Below, piece after piece: positions 8,591 through 15,514 of a stretch of DNA of 20,362 nucleotides (positions within the stretch are counted from its first letter, which is position 1; every line of letters starts with the position of its first letter). The stretch spans positions 1 to 20,362 of the forward strand of contig PSLI01000036.1 of NCBI GenBank assembly GCA_040289515.1. The letters are read 5' to 3'. Both the position numbers and the translations under genes were made by a program. This stretch comes from Candidatus Sysuimicrobiota bacterium. Lineage in GTDB: Bacteria > Sysuimicrobiota > Sysuimicrobiia > Sysuimicrobiales > Sysuimicrobiaceae. The notes under the pieces are model-generated. The model worked only from the letters and a program-made list of their open reading frames with translations. It was not told the DNA's origin and made no database searches.

Positions 8591-9126
8591 CAGGCGTGTG
8601 CGGGCTGTGGTGGCCCGTGTGGTTGGCCCTGGGGGTTGCGGTGGGTTGCGCGCACGCGGCACCACCCGCCCCGCAGCCTTCAGCCTCCCCGCCGCGCGCC
8701 CTGCTGGAGGTGGAGGGCACGCGCATGGTTGGGACCGACGCCCGGGGCCGGGTACGCTGGGAGGTGAGGGCGTCCGCGGTGGCACTGGACCGGCAGCAGC
8801 GCGTCACCGCCCGGCAGCCGGTGGGTACCCTGACCGCGGAGGACGGCACCCGGGTACAGGTGGCCGCGCAGCAGCTCCTGTACCGTCGGCGGGAGGGCCG
8901 GGTGGAACTCGTAGGGCAGGTGCGGGTGACCGCTGGCGAGGGCCGGTGGCTTACGGCACCGTATGTGGCGTACGACGTCTCGCAAGACCTGCTGCTGGCC
9001 TGGGGCGGCGTGCGGCTGTCTGCGGACGGCTGGGCCGTCGTTGCGGAACGGCTGATCTCGGAGCCCGGGCTGCGGCGGGTACGGCTGGCAGGCGGAGTCC
9101 GGGTGAGCTGGGAGGCAGGCCGGTGA
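8587..9126 (+). CDS. lptC: LptC-like periplasmic beta-jellyroll LPS export protein
   Basis: ATGA overlap with lpxB. N-terminal hydrophobic segment ending in a Cys, Pro linker, G.VRWEVRA and repeated L.G.VRV strands typical of OstA/LptC. First gene of the lptC-A-B run. Confidence 0.7.
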   Translation: MTGVCGLWWPVWLALGVAVGCAHAAPPAPQPSASPPRALLEVEGTRMVGTDARGRVRWEVRASAVALDRQQRVTARQPVGTLTAEDGTRVQVAAQQLLYRRREGRVELVGQVRVTAGEGRWLTAPYVAYDVSQDLLLAWGGVRLSADGWAVVAERLISEPGLRRVRLAGGVRVSWEAGR

Positions 9127-9923
9127 GGGTGCGCGCACGGGTTGCCTTCCTGATCACGGCGCTCCTGGTGGGCGGGGGTGCCCATGCACTGTGGGCGCAG
9201 CCGGTGGAGGTGGAAGGCGCCCTGCGGGCCGAATACGAGGCGGCTTCCGACACGTGGTTGCTGGAGGGCTCCCCCGTGCGGCTGCGGCAGGGGGTGCTCG
9301 TATTGGAGGCGCACTCGGTGCGGTACCGGGGCCGGGAGGGCACCTTCGAGGCTGCTGGAGGGGTGCGCGTGGTGTACGGCGACGAGCTGGCCGCACAGGG
9401 CCAGCAAGCGGTGGGCTCCGTGCGGGAGCGGCGCGCGGCCCTGGAAGGGGACGTGCGGGCCGCATACCGAACCGCGGACAGCCCCGTGCAGCTTGTCGCA
9501 CCCGCGCTGGAGCTGGACTTCGCCCGCAGGATCGCCAGGGCCCGGGGCGGGGTGCGGGTGAGCTGGGCCGAGGCAAGCCTGCACGCGCAGGAGGTGTGGG
9601 TGGACGGGCCGTCGGAGGAGGTGCACGCCGTCGGCCGGCCCCTGGTGCGCTGGCAGGACCTGGATCTGGTGGCGGGCAGCCTGCGGGCCGACCTGCGGGC
9701 ACGGGTCGTGTGGGCTGCCGGCGGCGTACGGCTGGAACACCCCACGGCGGTGGCGGAGGCCAGCCTAGCGGAAGTACTCTGGCAGGATCGGGTGGCCGTC
9801 CTGCGGGGAGCAGTGGTGGTGCGGCGGGGTGCCGACCAGCTGGTGGCCGACCAGGTGCGTTACGCCTGGCAGCGGGGCGTGCTCGCTGCGGAGGGGAGGT
9901 CGCGGGTTGTGGTCCACCCGTAG
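9123..9923 (+). CDS. lptA: Elongated LptA/OstA-like beta-jellyroll protein, 266 aa
   Basis: GTG at 9123 (GTGA overlap). Signal peptide ending ALWA-Q, then repeated AxGGVRV strands. Lies between lptC-like and lptB. Confidence 0.65.
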   Translation: MRVRARVAFLITALLVGGGAHALWAQPVEVEGALRAEYEAASDTWLLEGSPVRLRQGVLVLEAHSVRYRGREGTFEAAGGVRVVYGDELAAQGQQAVGSVRERRAALEGDVRAAYRTADSPVQLVAPALELDFARRIARARGGVRVSWAEASLHAQEVWVDGPSEEVHAVGRPLVRWQDLDLVAGSLRADLRARVVWAAGGVRLEHPTAVAEASLAEVLWQDRVAVLRGAVVVRRGADQLVADQVRYAWQRGVLAAEGRSRVVVHP

Positions 9924-10698
9924 GCTGCACGCGTCTTGTGATGCCTCCTCCGCGGAGCGCGGGTGGCGGACGCGGGACAATGTCCTGCGGGCAGAAGGGC
10001 TGGTCAAACGGTACGGCGGGCGCGCGGTGGTGGATGGGGTGACCCTGACCCTGCGCCCGGGGGAGGTGGTCGGGCTGCTGGGCCCCAACGGCGCGGGCAA
10101 GACCACCTCCCTTTACATGATCGTGGGCCTGGTGCCGCCCAGCGCGGGCAACGTGTACCTCGGCGAGCGACGGATCACGCACTTGCCCGTGCACCTGCGG
10201 GCGCGGGCAGGGATCCACTACCTGGCGCAGGAGCCTTCCGTGTTCCGCAAGCTGACCGTGGCGCAGAACCTGGAGCTCATCCTGGAACAGCAGGGGGTGG
10301 GAAAGGGCCAGCGCGAAGAGCGCATCCGGGCCCTGCTGGAGGAGTTCCGCCTCAGCCACCTGCGGGACCAACCCGCCTACACCCTCTCGGGCGGCGAACG
10401 ACGGCGGGTGGAGATCGCGCGGGCCCTGGCGATCCGGCCCCGCTACCTGCTCCTGGACGAGCCCTTCACCGGGGTGGACCCGAAGTCCATCGAGGACATC
10501 CAGGACGTGATCGCGTACCTGCGCGGGCAGGGGATCGGGATCCTCATCTCGGACCACAACGTGCGGGACACCCTCACCATCACCGACCGTGCCCTCATCC
10601 TGTACGAGGGGCGGGTGTTGCTGGAGGGCACCTCCGAGGAGCTGCTGCGCAGCGAGGAGGCCCGGCGGTTTTACCTGGGCGAGCGGTTCCGCATGTGA
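9907..10698 (+). CDS. lptB: LPS export ABC transporter ATP-binding protein (start codon uncertain)
   Basis: GEVVGLLGPNGAGKTT (Walker A), YLAQEPSVFRKLTV, LSGGERRRVEIARAL, LLDEPFTGVDP, ISDHNVRDTL, YLGERFRM. The nearest in-frame standard start is TTG 9907, 7 nt after GGAGG. Confidence 0.95.
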   Translation: MWSTRRLHASCDASSAERGWRTRDNVLRAEGLVKRYGGRAVVDGVTLTLRPGEVVGLLGPNGAGKTTSLYMIVGLVPPSAGNVYLGERRITHLPVHLRARAGIHYLAQEPSVFRKLTVAQNLELILEQQGVGKGQREERIRALLEEFRLSHLRDQPAYTLSGGERRRVEIARALAIRPRYLLLDEPFTGVDPKSIEDIQDVIAYLRGQGIGILISDHNVRDTLTITDRALILYEGRVLLEGTSEELLRSEEARRFYLGERFRM

Positions 10699-10732
10699 GA
10701 TGCAGGGCCGGTGGGGACCCCTGGAGGCCGTG

Positions 10733-11845
10733 GTGACCGCGCCGGGCGCGGCTCGCCCTCGGGCGTGGCCCACCCTCCTGGACCGGTACCTGACGGGGGA
10801 GCTGGCTTCCGCGGTGGGCTTTGGTCTAGCGGTGTTCGGGGCGCTGCTGGTGGGCAACGAGTTCTTCTACCTGGGCCGCCTGCTCATGGACCGGGGGGTG
10901 CCCGCGGGCGTGCTGCTGGAGCTGCTGGTGTACCGGGCCCCGTACGCGCTGTTCTTCTGCGTGCCCATGGCGGTCCTACTGGGCACCATTCTCGCGTACG
11001 GCCGGCTGCGGGAGGGGCGGGAGCTGGAGGCCATGCAGACGAGCGGGGTGAGCTTGCTGCGCATCGCCCTGCCCGCGGTGGTGGTGGGTGCCGCGGGCGC
11101 CCTCACCGCCTTCTGGGTGGGGGAGGTGCTGGTACCGTGGGCGGCGCAGCGGTACGTGGACGCCCTGCCCCGGCTGGGGGAAGCCGCGGTGCGCAGCACC
11201 GTGCGCCACGGTCTGCTGTTCCGGGAGCGCACCCCGGAGGGAAGCGTTCTGGTGGTAACCGCGGACCGGCTGGACGTGGAGGCGGGTGCCCTGGAGGGCG
11301 TGGTGGTGCAGGAGCAACGGGACGGCCGGGTGGTACGGGTGGTGGAGGCCCAGCAGGCCCGCTGGACGCCCCAGGGCTGGTGGTTCGAACGCGGGCGCAT
11401 GGTGTCTGTAGAAGAGGGGGCCGTTCTCACGGAGTTCCAGCGCATGGTGCTGCGGATCCCGAGGACGCCCGCGGAGATGGCACCACCGGTGCGGAACGCC
11501 GGGGAGATGAGCACCGCGGAGATCCGGGCCGAACTGGAGCGGCACCGCCGGTCCGGGGAGTCCACGCGGGCTCTGGAGGTGGACTACCAGGGCAAGTTCG
11601 CCCTGCCCGCAGCGGCCCTGGCCTTCTCCGTGCTGGGCGTGGGCCTGGCGGTGGCACGGGGGGAGGCCGGTCGGCGCGGGATCGGTTTCGGGTTGGCGGT
11701 GGTGGCCATCGTGGCGTATTACGTGTTGATCACGGCCACCACCCTGTTGGGCCAGGCGGGGCACCTGCCGCCCTGGCTGGCCGCGTGGTCCCCGGACCTT
11801 CTGGCGGCTGCCTGCGGTGTGTGGATCCTGTGGCGGCACCGGTAA
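10733..11845 (+). CDS. LptF/LptG family LPS export permease (single copy in the window)
   Basis: LLDRYL start, PMAVLLGTILAYGRL, ELEAMQTSGVSLLRI, periplasmic beta domain with A..A.W...GWWF..G, KFALP, LPPWLAAWSP. Start is GTG 10733 (GGAGG 5 nt upstream) or ATG 10700. Confidence 0.92.
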   Translation: MTAPGAARPRAWPTLLDRYLTGELASAVGFGLAVFGALLVGNEFFYLGRLLMDRGVPAGVLLELLVYRAPYALFFCVPMAVLLGTILAYGRLREGRELEAMQTSGVSLLRIALPAVVVGAAGALTAFWVGEVLVPWAAQRYVDALPRLGEAAVRSTVRHGLLFRERTPEGSVLVVTADRLDVEAGALEGVVVQEQRDGRVVRVVEAQQARWTPQGWWFERGRMVSVEEGAVLTEFQRMVLRIPRTPAEMAPPVRNAGEMSTAEIRAELERHRRSGESTRALEVDYQGKFALPAAALAFSVLGVGLAVARGEAGRRGIGFGLAVVAIVAYYVLITATTLLGQAGHLPPWLAAWSPDLLAAACGVWILWRHR

Positions 11846-11884
11846 ACCGTCCCCGCCGGAGCACGGGGCCCGTGGTCAGCTGAG

Positions 11885-13501
11885 ATGTCAACGCGCAGCC
11901 TCAAGCGCGGCAGGGCGGAATCCGCTGTCTTGCGGGCGCTTTCCTGGTGGCCGTACGCGGCTGTGGTGGCCGGGAGCCTGGCTTTGAACCTTGCGGGCCT
12001 TGGGGCCTCACCCCTGTGGGACCAGGACGAGACCAAGTACGCTCAGGTGGCGCGGGAGATCCTGTGGACCGGGGACTGGCTCACGCTGCACTGGAACGGA
12101 CAGCCGTGGTTCGTGCATCCGCCCCTGTACTTCTGGCTCGTGGCCGCCACGGCCCGGCTGGTTGGTCTGACGGAGTTCACCGCGCGGGTGTGGTCCGCGG
12201 TGTTCGGCGTGGGAGCTGTGGCGCTTACGGCCCTGCTAGGCCGGGTGTGGTTCTCGCCCCGGGCCGGGTGGCTGGCGGGTCTGGTTCTGGCCACCACGCT
12301 GCAGTGGTTCGCGCAATCCCGCATGGCGGTGTTCGACAGCGTGCTGGTCTTCTGGATGCTGGGTGCCCTCCTGGGCTTCTGGGCAGGCTACCGGGGCAGG
12401 CGCGCGGGGTACCTTGTGGCCTTCGCCTGCGCGGCGCTGGGCACCCTCACCAAGGGCCCGGTGGCCGCGGTGGTGCCCGGCCTTTCCGCCCTCGTGCACC
12501 TGGCCTGGCGCGGCCAGCTGGGCCGGCTGCGGGAACTACCCTGGCTGACGGGCCTGGCCGTGTACGCGCTGGTCGGCCTGAGCTGGTACGCGGTGGGGTA
12601 CGCGCGCCACGGGGAAGCGTTTCTGCGCTCCGTGCTGGGTTACTACACCGTGCAGCGGTTCGTGGGGGTGGTGGAAAGCCAGGCGGGCCCCGTTTGGTAC
12701 TACCTGCCCGTGCTGCTGCTGGGTGGGCTGCCGTGGAACGCCTTCTGGCTGGCCTGGCCTGCAGCATTCCGGCGCGGCGCCGAAGTCCTGCCCCTGGTGT
12801 GGTGCGGGGTGGTGCTGATTTTCTTCAGCGTCGCGGGGACCAAGCTCCCCAACTACGTCCTGAGCTTCTACCCCATGGCCGCGGTGGCTACAGGGGCGGC
12901 CCTGGACGCGGGCTGGGAGGATCCCCGCGCACTGCGGTGGGGGTTCGTGGCGCTCGGGGCGGTGTGGGTCCTGTTCAGCGGTGCGGTGGCAGCGTACGGC
13001 CTGTGGCAGTATCCCGCCGAGCTGCGGGCGCTGCTACCCGTCCTGGGCCTGGCTCTGCTGACGCTGGGCGCGGCCGTGATGGGCGCGGCCGTGGTGGGCC
13101 TGCGGGGCAGCACGCGGGCGGCGGTGGCGCTCCTCGCCTGCGGGACCGCGGCCTTTCTGCTGCTGCTGTTGGGGCGGGTGATGCCGGAGGTGGACCGCTA
13201 CCGGCCGCACCGGGAGCTGGCTCGCGTGGCGGCGGCGTGGACGGGGCAAGACGAGGTGCGGGTAGCCTACCGGATTCCCAACAGCGTGGTGTTCTACTCC
13301 GCCCGCACGTGGCGGGCGTACCTGGATCCCGAGGCGGTTCGGCGCGAGGTGTGCGCTGCGGGCACCCGCAGGGTGGTGCTGATAGCACCGCAGGCACACC
13401 TGGCGGACCTGCAGCCCCCGGCGGCGGCGTTTCAGCTGAGGCAGGAGGTTCGCGGTTGGGCGGTTCTGGAGAAACCCCCGGGGCAGCAGGCGTGCCCGTA
13501 G
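11885..13501 (+). CDS. ArnT-like / PMT_2 GT-C polyprenyl-phosphate-sugar-dependent glycosyltransferase
   Basis: LWDQDETKYAQVAREILWTGDW..NG...HPPLYFWL, TEFTARVWSA, LTKGPV, GPVWYYL, TKLPNYVL; many TM segments. Confidence 0.88.
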   Translation: MSTRSLKRGRAESAVLRALSWWPYAAVVAGSLALNLAGLGASPLWDQDETKYAQVAREILWTGDWLTLHWNGQPWFVHPPLYFWLVAATARLVGLTEFTARVWSAVFGVGAVALTALLGRVWFSPRAGWLAGLVLATTLQWFAQSRMAVFDSVLVFWMLGALLGFWAGYRGRRAGYLVAFACAALGTLTKGPVAAVVPGLSALVHLAWRGQLGRLRELPWLTGLAVYALVGLSWYAVGYARHGEAFLRSVLGYYTVQRFVGVVESQAGPVWYYLPVLLLGGLPWNAFWLAWPAAFRRGAEVLPLVWCGVVLIFFSVAGTKLPNYVLSFYPMAAVATGAALDAGWEDPRALRWGFVALGAVWVLFSGAVAAYGLWQYPAELRALLPVLGLALLTLGAAVMGAAVVGLRGSTRAAVALLACGTAAFLLLLLGRVMPEVDRYRPHRELARVAAAWTGQDEVRVAYRIPNSVVFYSARTWRAYLDPEAVRREVCAAGTRRVVLIAPQAHLADLQPPAAAFQLRQEVRGWAVLEKPPGQQACP

Positions 13502-14202
13502 AGGTTTCCGTGGTGGTCCCCGCGTACAACGAGCGGGACACCCTGCCGGAGCTGGTGGACCGCCTACACCGGGCGCTGGGGTCCGGGTACGAGGTGGTGG
13601 TGGTGGACGACGCCTCGCCGGACGGAACCTCGCAGGTGGCAGAAGTGCTGGGACGGCGCTACCCCGTGCGGGTGGTGCGCAGGCCCGGCAAGCTGGGCCT
13701 CGGCAGCGCGGTGCTGGAAGGGGCCCGGGCGGCCTTTGGCCGGTTCGTGGTGGTCATGGACGCGGACCTCTCGCACCCGCCGGAGACCGCCCCGCAGCTT
13801 TTGGCGGCCCTGCGCTCCGGGGCGGAGGTGGCGGTGGCCTCCCGGTACGTGGCCGGCGGCGGGGTGCGGGACTGGCCGTGGCGGCGGCGCCTCATGAGCC
13901 GGGTGGCGGTCCTGCTGGCCCGGTGGTGGCTGCGCGAGCCGAGGTGCGACCCGGTCTCGGGCTTCTTCGGGGTGCGCCGCGAACTGTTGTTGACGCCGTC
14001 CCTGCAGGGGCTGGGCTACAAGATCCTACTGGAGGTGCTGGCACACCACCGGAGTCGGAAGGTGGTGGAGGTCCCTTATGTGTTCACGGACCGGCGGGGC
14101 GGCCGCAGCAAGCTGACTGCGGGCGAGGTGTGGAACTACCTGAAGCTGCTGTGGCACCTGCGGGCGTGTTGTCGGGTGGGCGGTACCCTTCAGGACCTAT
14201 AG
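13492..14202 (+). CDS. GT2 polyprenol-monophosphate sugar synthase (DPM1/Ppm1-like)
   Basis: GTG 13492 overlaps the upstream stop. VVVPAYNE, VVDDASPDGT, GKLGLGSA, VMDADLSHPP, SRYVAGG, DPVSGFF, GYKILLE, EVPYVFTDRRGGRSKL. Confidence 0.9.
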   Translation: MPVEVSVVVPAYNERDTLPELVDRLHRALGSGYEVVVVDDASPDGTSQVAEVLGRRYPVRVVRRPGKLGLGSAVLEGARAAFGRFVVVMDADLSHPPETAPQLLAALRSGAEVAVASRYVAGGGVRDWPWRRRLMSRVAVLLARWWLREPRCDPVSGFFGVRRELLLTPSLQGLGYKILLEVLAHHRSRKVVEVPYVFTDRRGGRSKLTAGEVWNYLKLLWHLRACCRVGGTLQDL

Positions 14203-14242
14203 ACGGGGTGGCAAGCGTTCGGGAAACCTCGCAAGCGGAGCG

Positions 14243-15160
14243 GTGGGCTTGGACGTGGGGTTCGTGCTGATCCCGGTGCTGGCCCTGGCCAGCGGGCTCA
14301 TTGCGTGGGTGGGCAACGCCGTGGGCCGCCGGGTGGGCAAGAGCCGCCTGAGCCTGGGGGGCCTGAGGCCACGCACCACCGCCCAGATCGTGACCGTGGT
14401 CACCGGGATCCTCATCAATCTGGTCACCGTGGGCGCGGTGCTGGCCTTCTCCCGGGAAGCGAGGGTGGCGCTGTTTGAGCTGCGGCGAACCCTGGAGACC
14501 CTGGAGGCGCGTGCGCAGCTTCTGCGGGCGGAGATCCGGGCCCTGGAGGGGGGGGACATCGCGGTGCTCCGGGGGCAGGAGGTGGCCCGGGGCGTGTTGG
14601 ACGGCCGGCGCGGGGCGGAGGAGGTGCGCCAGGGCTTCTACCGCATCCGGCAGGAGGCGGTGGAGTTCGTCACCGCGCAGGGCGCGGGCCGCGACCCGGC
14701 CGGCAACGTGCTCCTCCCGGACCCGCCCGGGCTCACCTGGGAGGCCATCGAGCGCATCGTGCGCAAGCGGGGGCGGGAGGTGGTGGTGCGCCTGGTGAGC
14801 ACCAAGAACGTGCTGGCGGGCTCGCCGGTGCCCGTGACGGCGCAGGTGGTCAACAACGACCTCGTCTTCCGACGTGGCCAGGTGCTGGCGGAGACCACGG
14901 TGCGGCCGGGCCCCCGGGGGACCATCCGGCAGGAGCTGTTGAGCCTGGCCGCAGCGGCCATCCGCAACGCTGCGGGCAAGGTTCTCTCAGCGCCCGGCCA
15001 GCGCGTGGCCGGTCCTCCCTTCGTGGTGCTGGACCTGGACTCCGCGCGGCGCGCCACCGACCGCATCGAGAGCTCGGCCGGTCCCGTGCGGGTGGCGGCC
15101 GTTGCTCTGCAGGACGCGTACACGGTGGGGCCTGTGATGCTGGGCTTCGAGGTCCGCTGA
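14243..15160 (+). CDS. DUF3084-family membrane-anchored protein
   Basis: N-terminal signature SGLIAWVGNAVGRRVGKSRLSLGGLRPRTTAQIVTVVTG, then LF, a short coiled coil, G.IA..RGQ.VA and N.L.FRRGQVLA. TTG 14249 is an alternative start. Confidence 0.85.
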   Translation: MGLDVGFVLIPVLALASGLIAWVGNAVGRRVGKSRLSLGGLRPRTTAQIVTVVTGILINLVTVGAVLAFSREARVALFELRRTLETLEARAQLLRAEIRALEGGDIAVLRGQEVARGVLDGRRGAEEVRQGFYRIRQEAVEFVTAQGAGRDPAGNVLLPDPPGLTWEAIERIVRKRGREVVVRLVSTKNVLAGSPVPVTAQVVNNDLVFRRGQVLAETTVRPGPRGTIRQELLSLAAAAIRNAAGKVLSAPGQRVAGPPFVVLDLDSARRATDRIESSAGPVRVAAVALQDAYTVGPVMLGFEVR

Positions 15161-15260
15161 ACGGTGGCTGCCGGAGCTTGGCAACCCAGGGGGAGTCCCG
15201 CCGTGTGGCTGGCCGCCGTGGTGGGCGTGGTGACCCTGTCCGGGGTGGTGTTCCAGGGAC

Positions 15261-15289
15261 TAGCCGCAGCCGGCCCGGTCGCGTATAAT
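15261..15289 (+). promoter_or_regulatory. Putative sigma70-type promoter for the riboswitch-btuB-tonB unit
   Basis: Perfect TATAAT at 15284-15289 in very GC-rich DNA, weak -35 TAGCCG 17 nt upstream. The predicted +1 falls near the riboswitch P1 start (~15296). Confidence 0.65.
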
Positions 15290-15295
15290 GGGGCC

Positions 15296-15474
15296 GTGCG
15301 GGCCAAGGGAAGTCCGGTGTAGCCCAACGGGCGAGTCCGGCGCGGTTCCCGTCGCTGTAACGAGGAGCCTGCCCCGAAGGCAATCGTGCCACCCACTGGG
15401 CCGCAGAGGTGCGAGCCGGCGGCCTGGGAAGGGCGGGGCGGGTGAGGATCCGGAGCCAGAAGACCTGCCCGCAC
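15296..15474 (+). promoter_or_regulatory. Cobalamin (AdoCbl/B12) riboswitch
   Basis: P1 GTGCGGGC (15296-15303) / GCCCGCAC (15467-15474). Core AGGGAAGTCCGGTG...GAGTCCGGCGCGGTTCCCGTCGCTGTAA, CCACTGGG...GGGAAGG, and B12 box GAGCCAGAAGACCTGCC. Upstream of a TonB-dependent receptor. Confidence 0.95.
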
Positions 15475-15478
15475 ACAA

Positions 15479-15512
15479 TCCCACACCCTTCGGGGGTTAA
15501 GCGGAGGTGGGA
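15479..15512 (+). promoter_or_regulatory. Riboswitch expression platform (P13-like stem carrying the btuB Shine-Dalgarno)
   Basis: TCCCAC (15479-84) pairs with GTGGGA (15507-12), enclosing a C-UUCG-G hairpin and GGAG (15503-06). That GGAG is complementary to L5 TTCC (15346-49), as in kissing-loop translational control. Confidence 0.65.
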
Positions 15513-15514
15513 AG

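Noticed and set aside
11846..11884. CCCCG/CGGGG hairpin after lptF/G as an intrinsic terminator
   Set aside because: Short stem with no U-tract; expected by chance at this GC content.
11947..13491. Apparent 751-aa ORF suggesting a large N-terminal extension on the GT2
   Set aside because: The first ~515 codons are an off-frame shadow of the ArnT-like gene. GT2 homology starts at GTG 13492.
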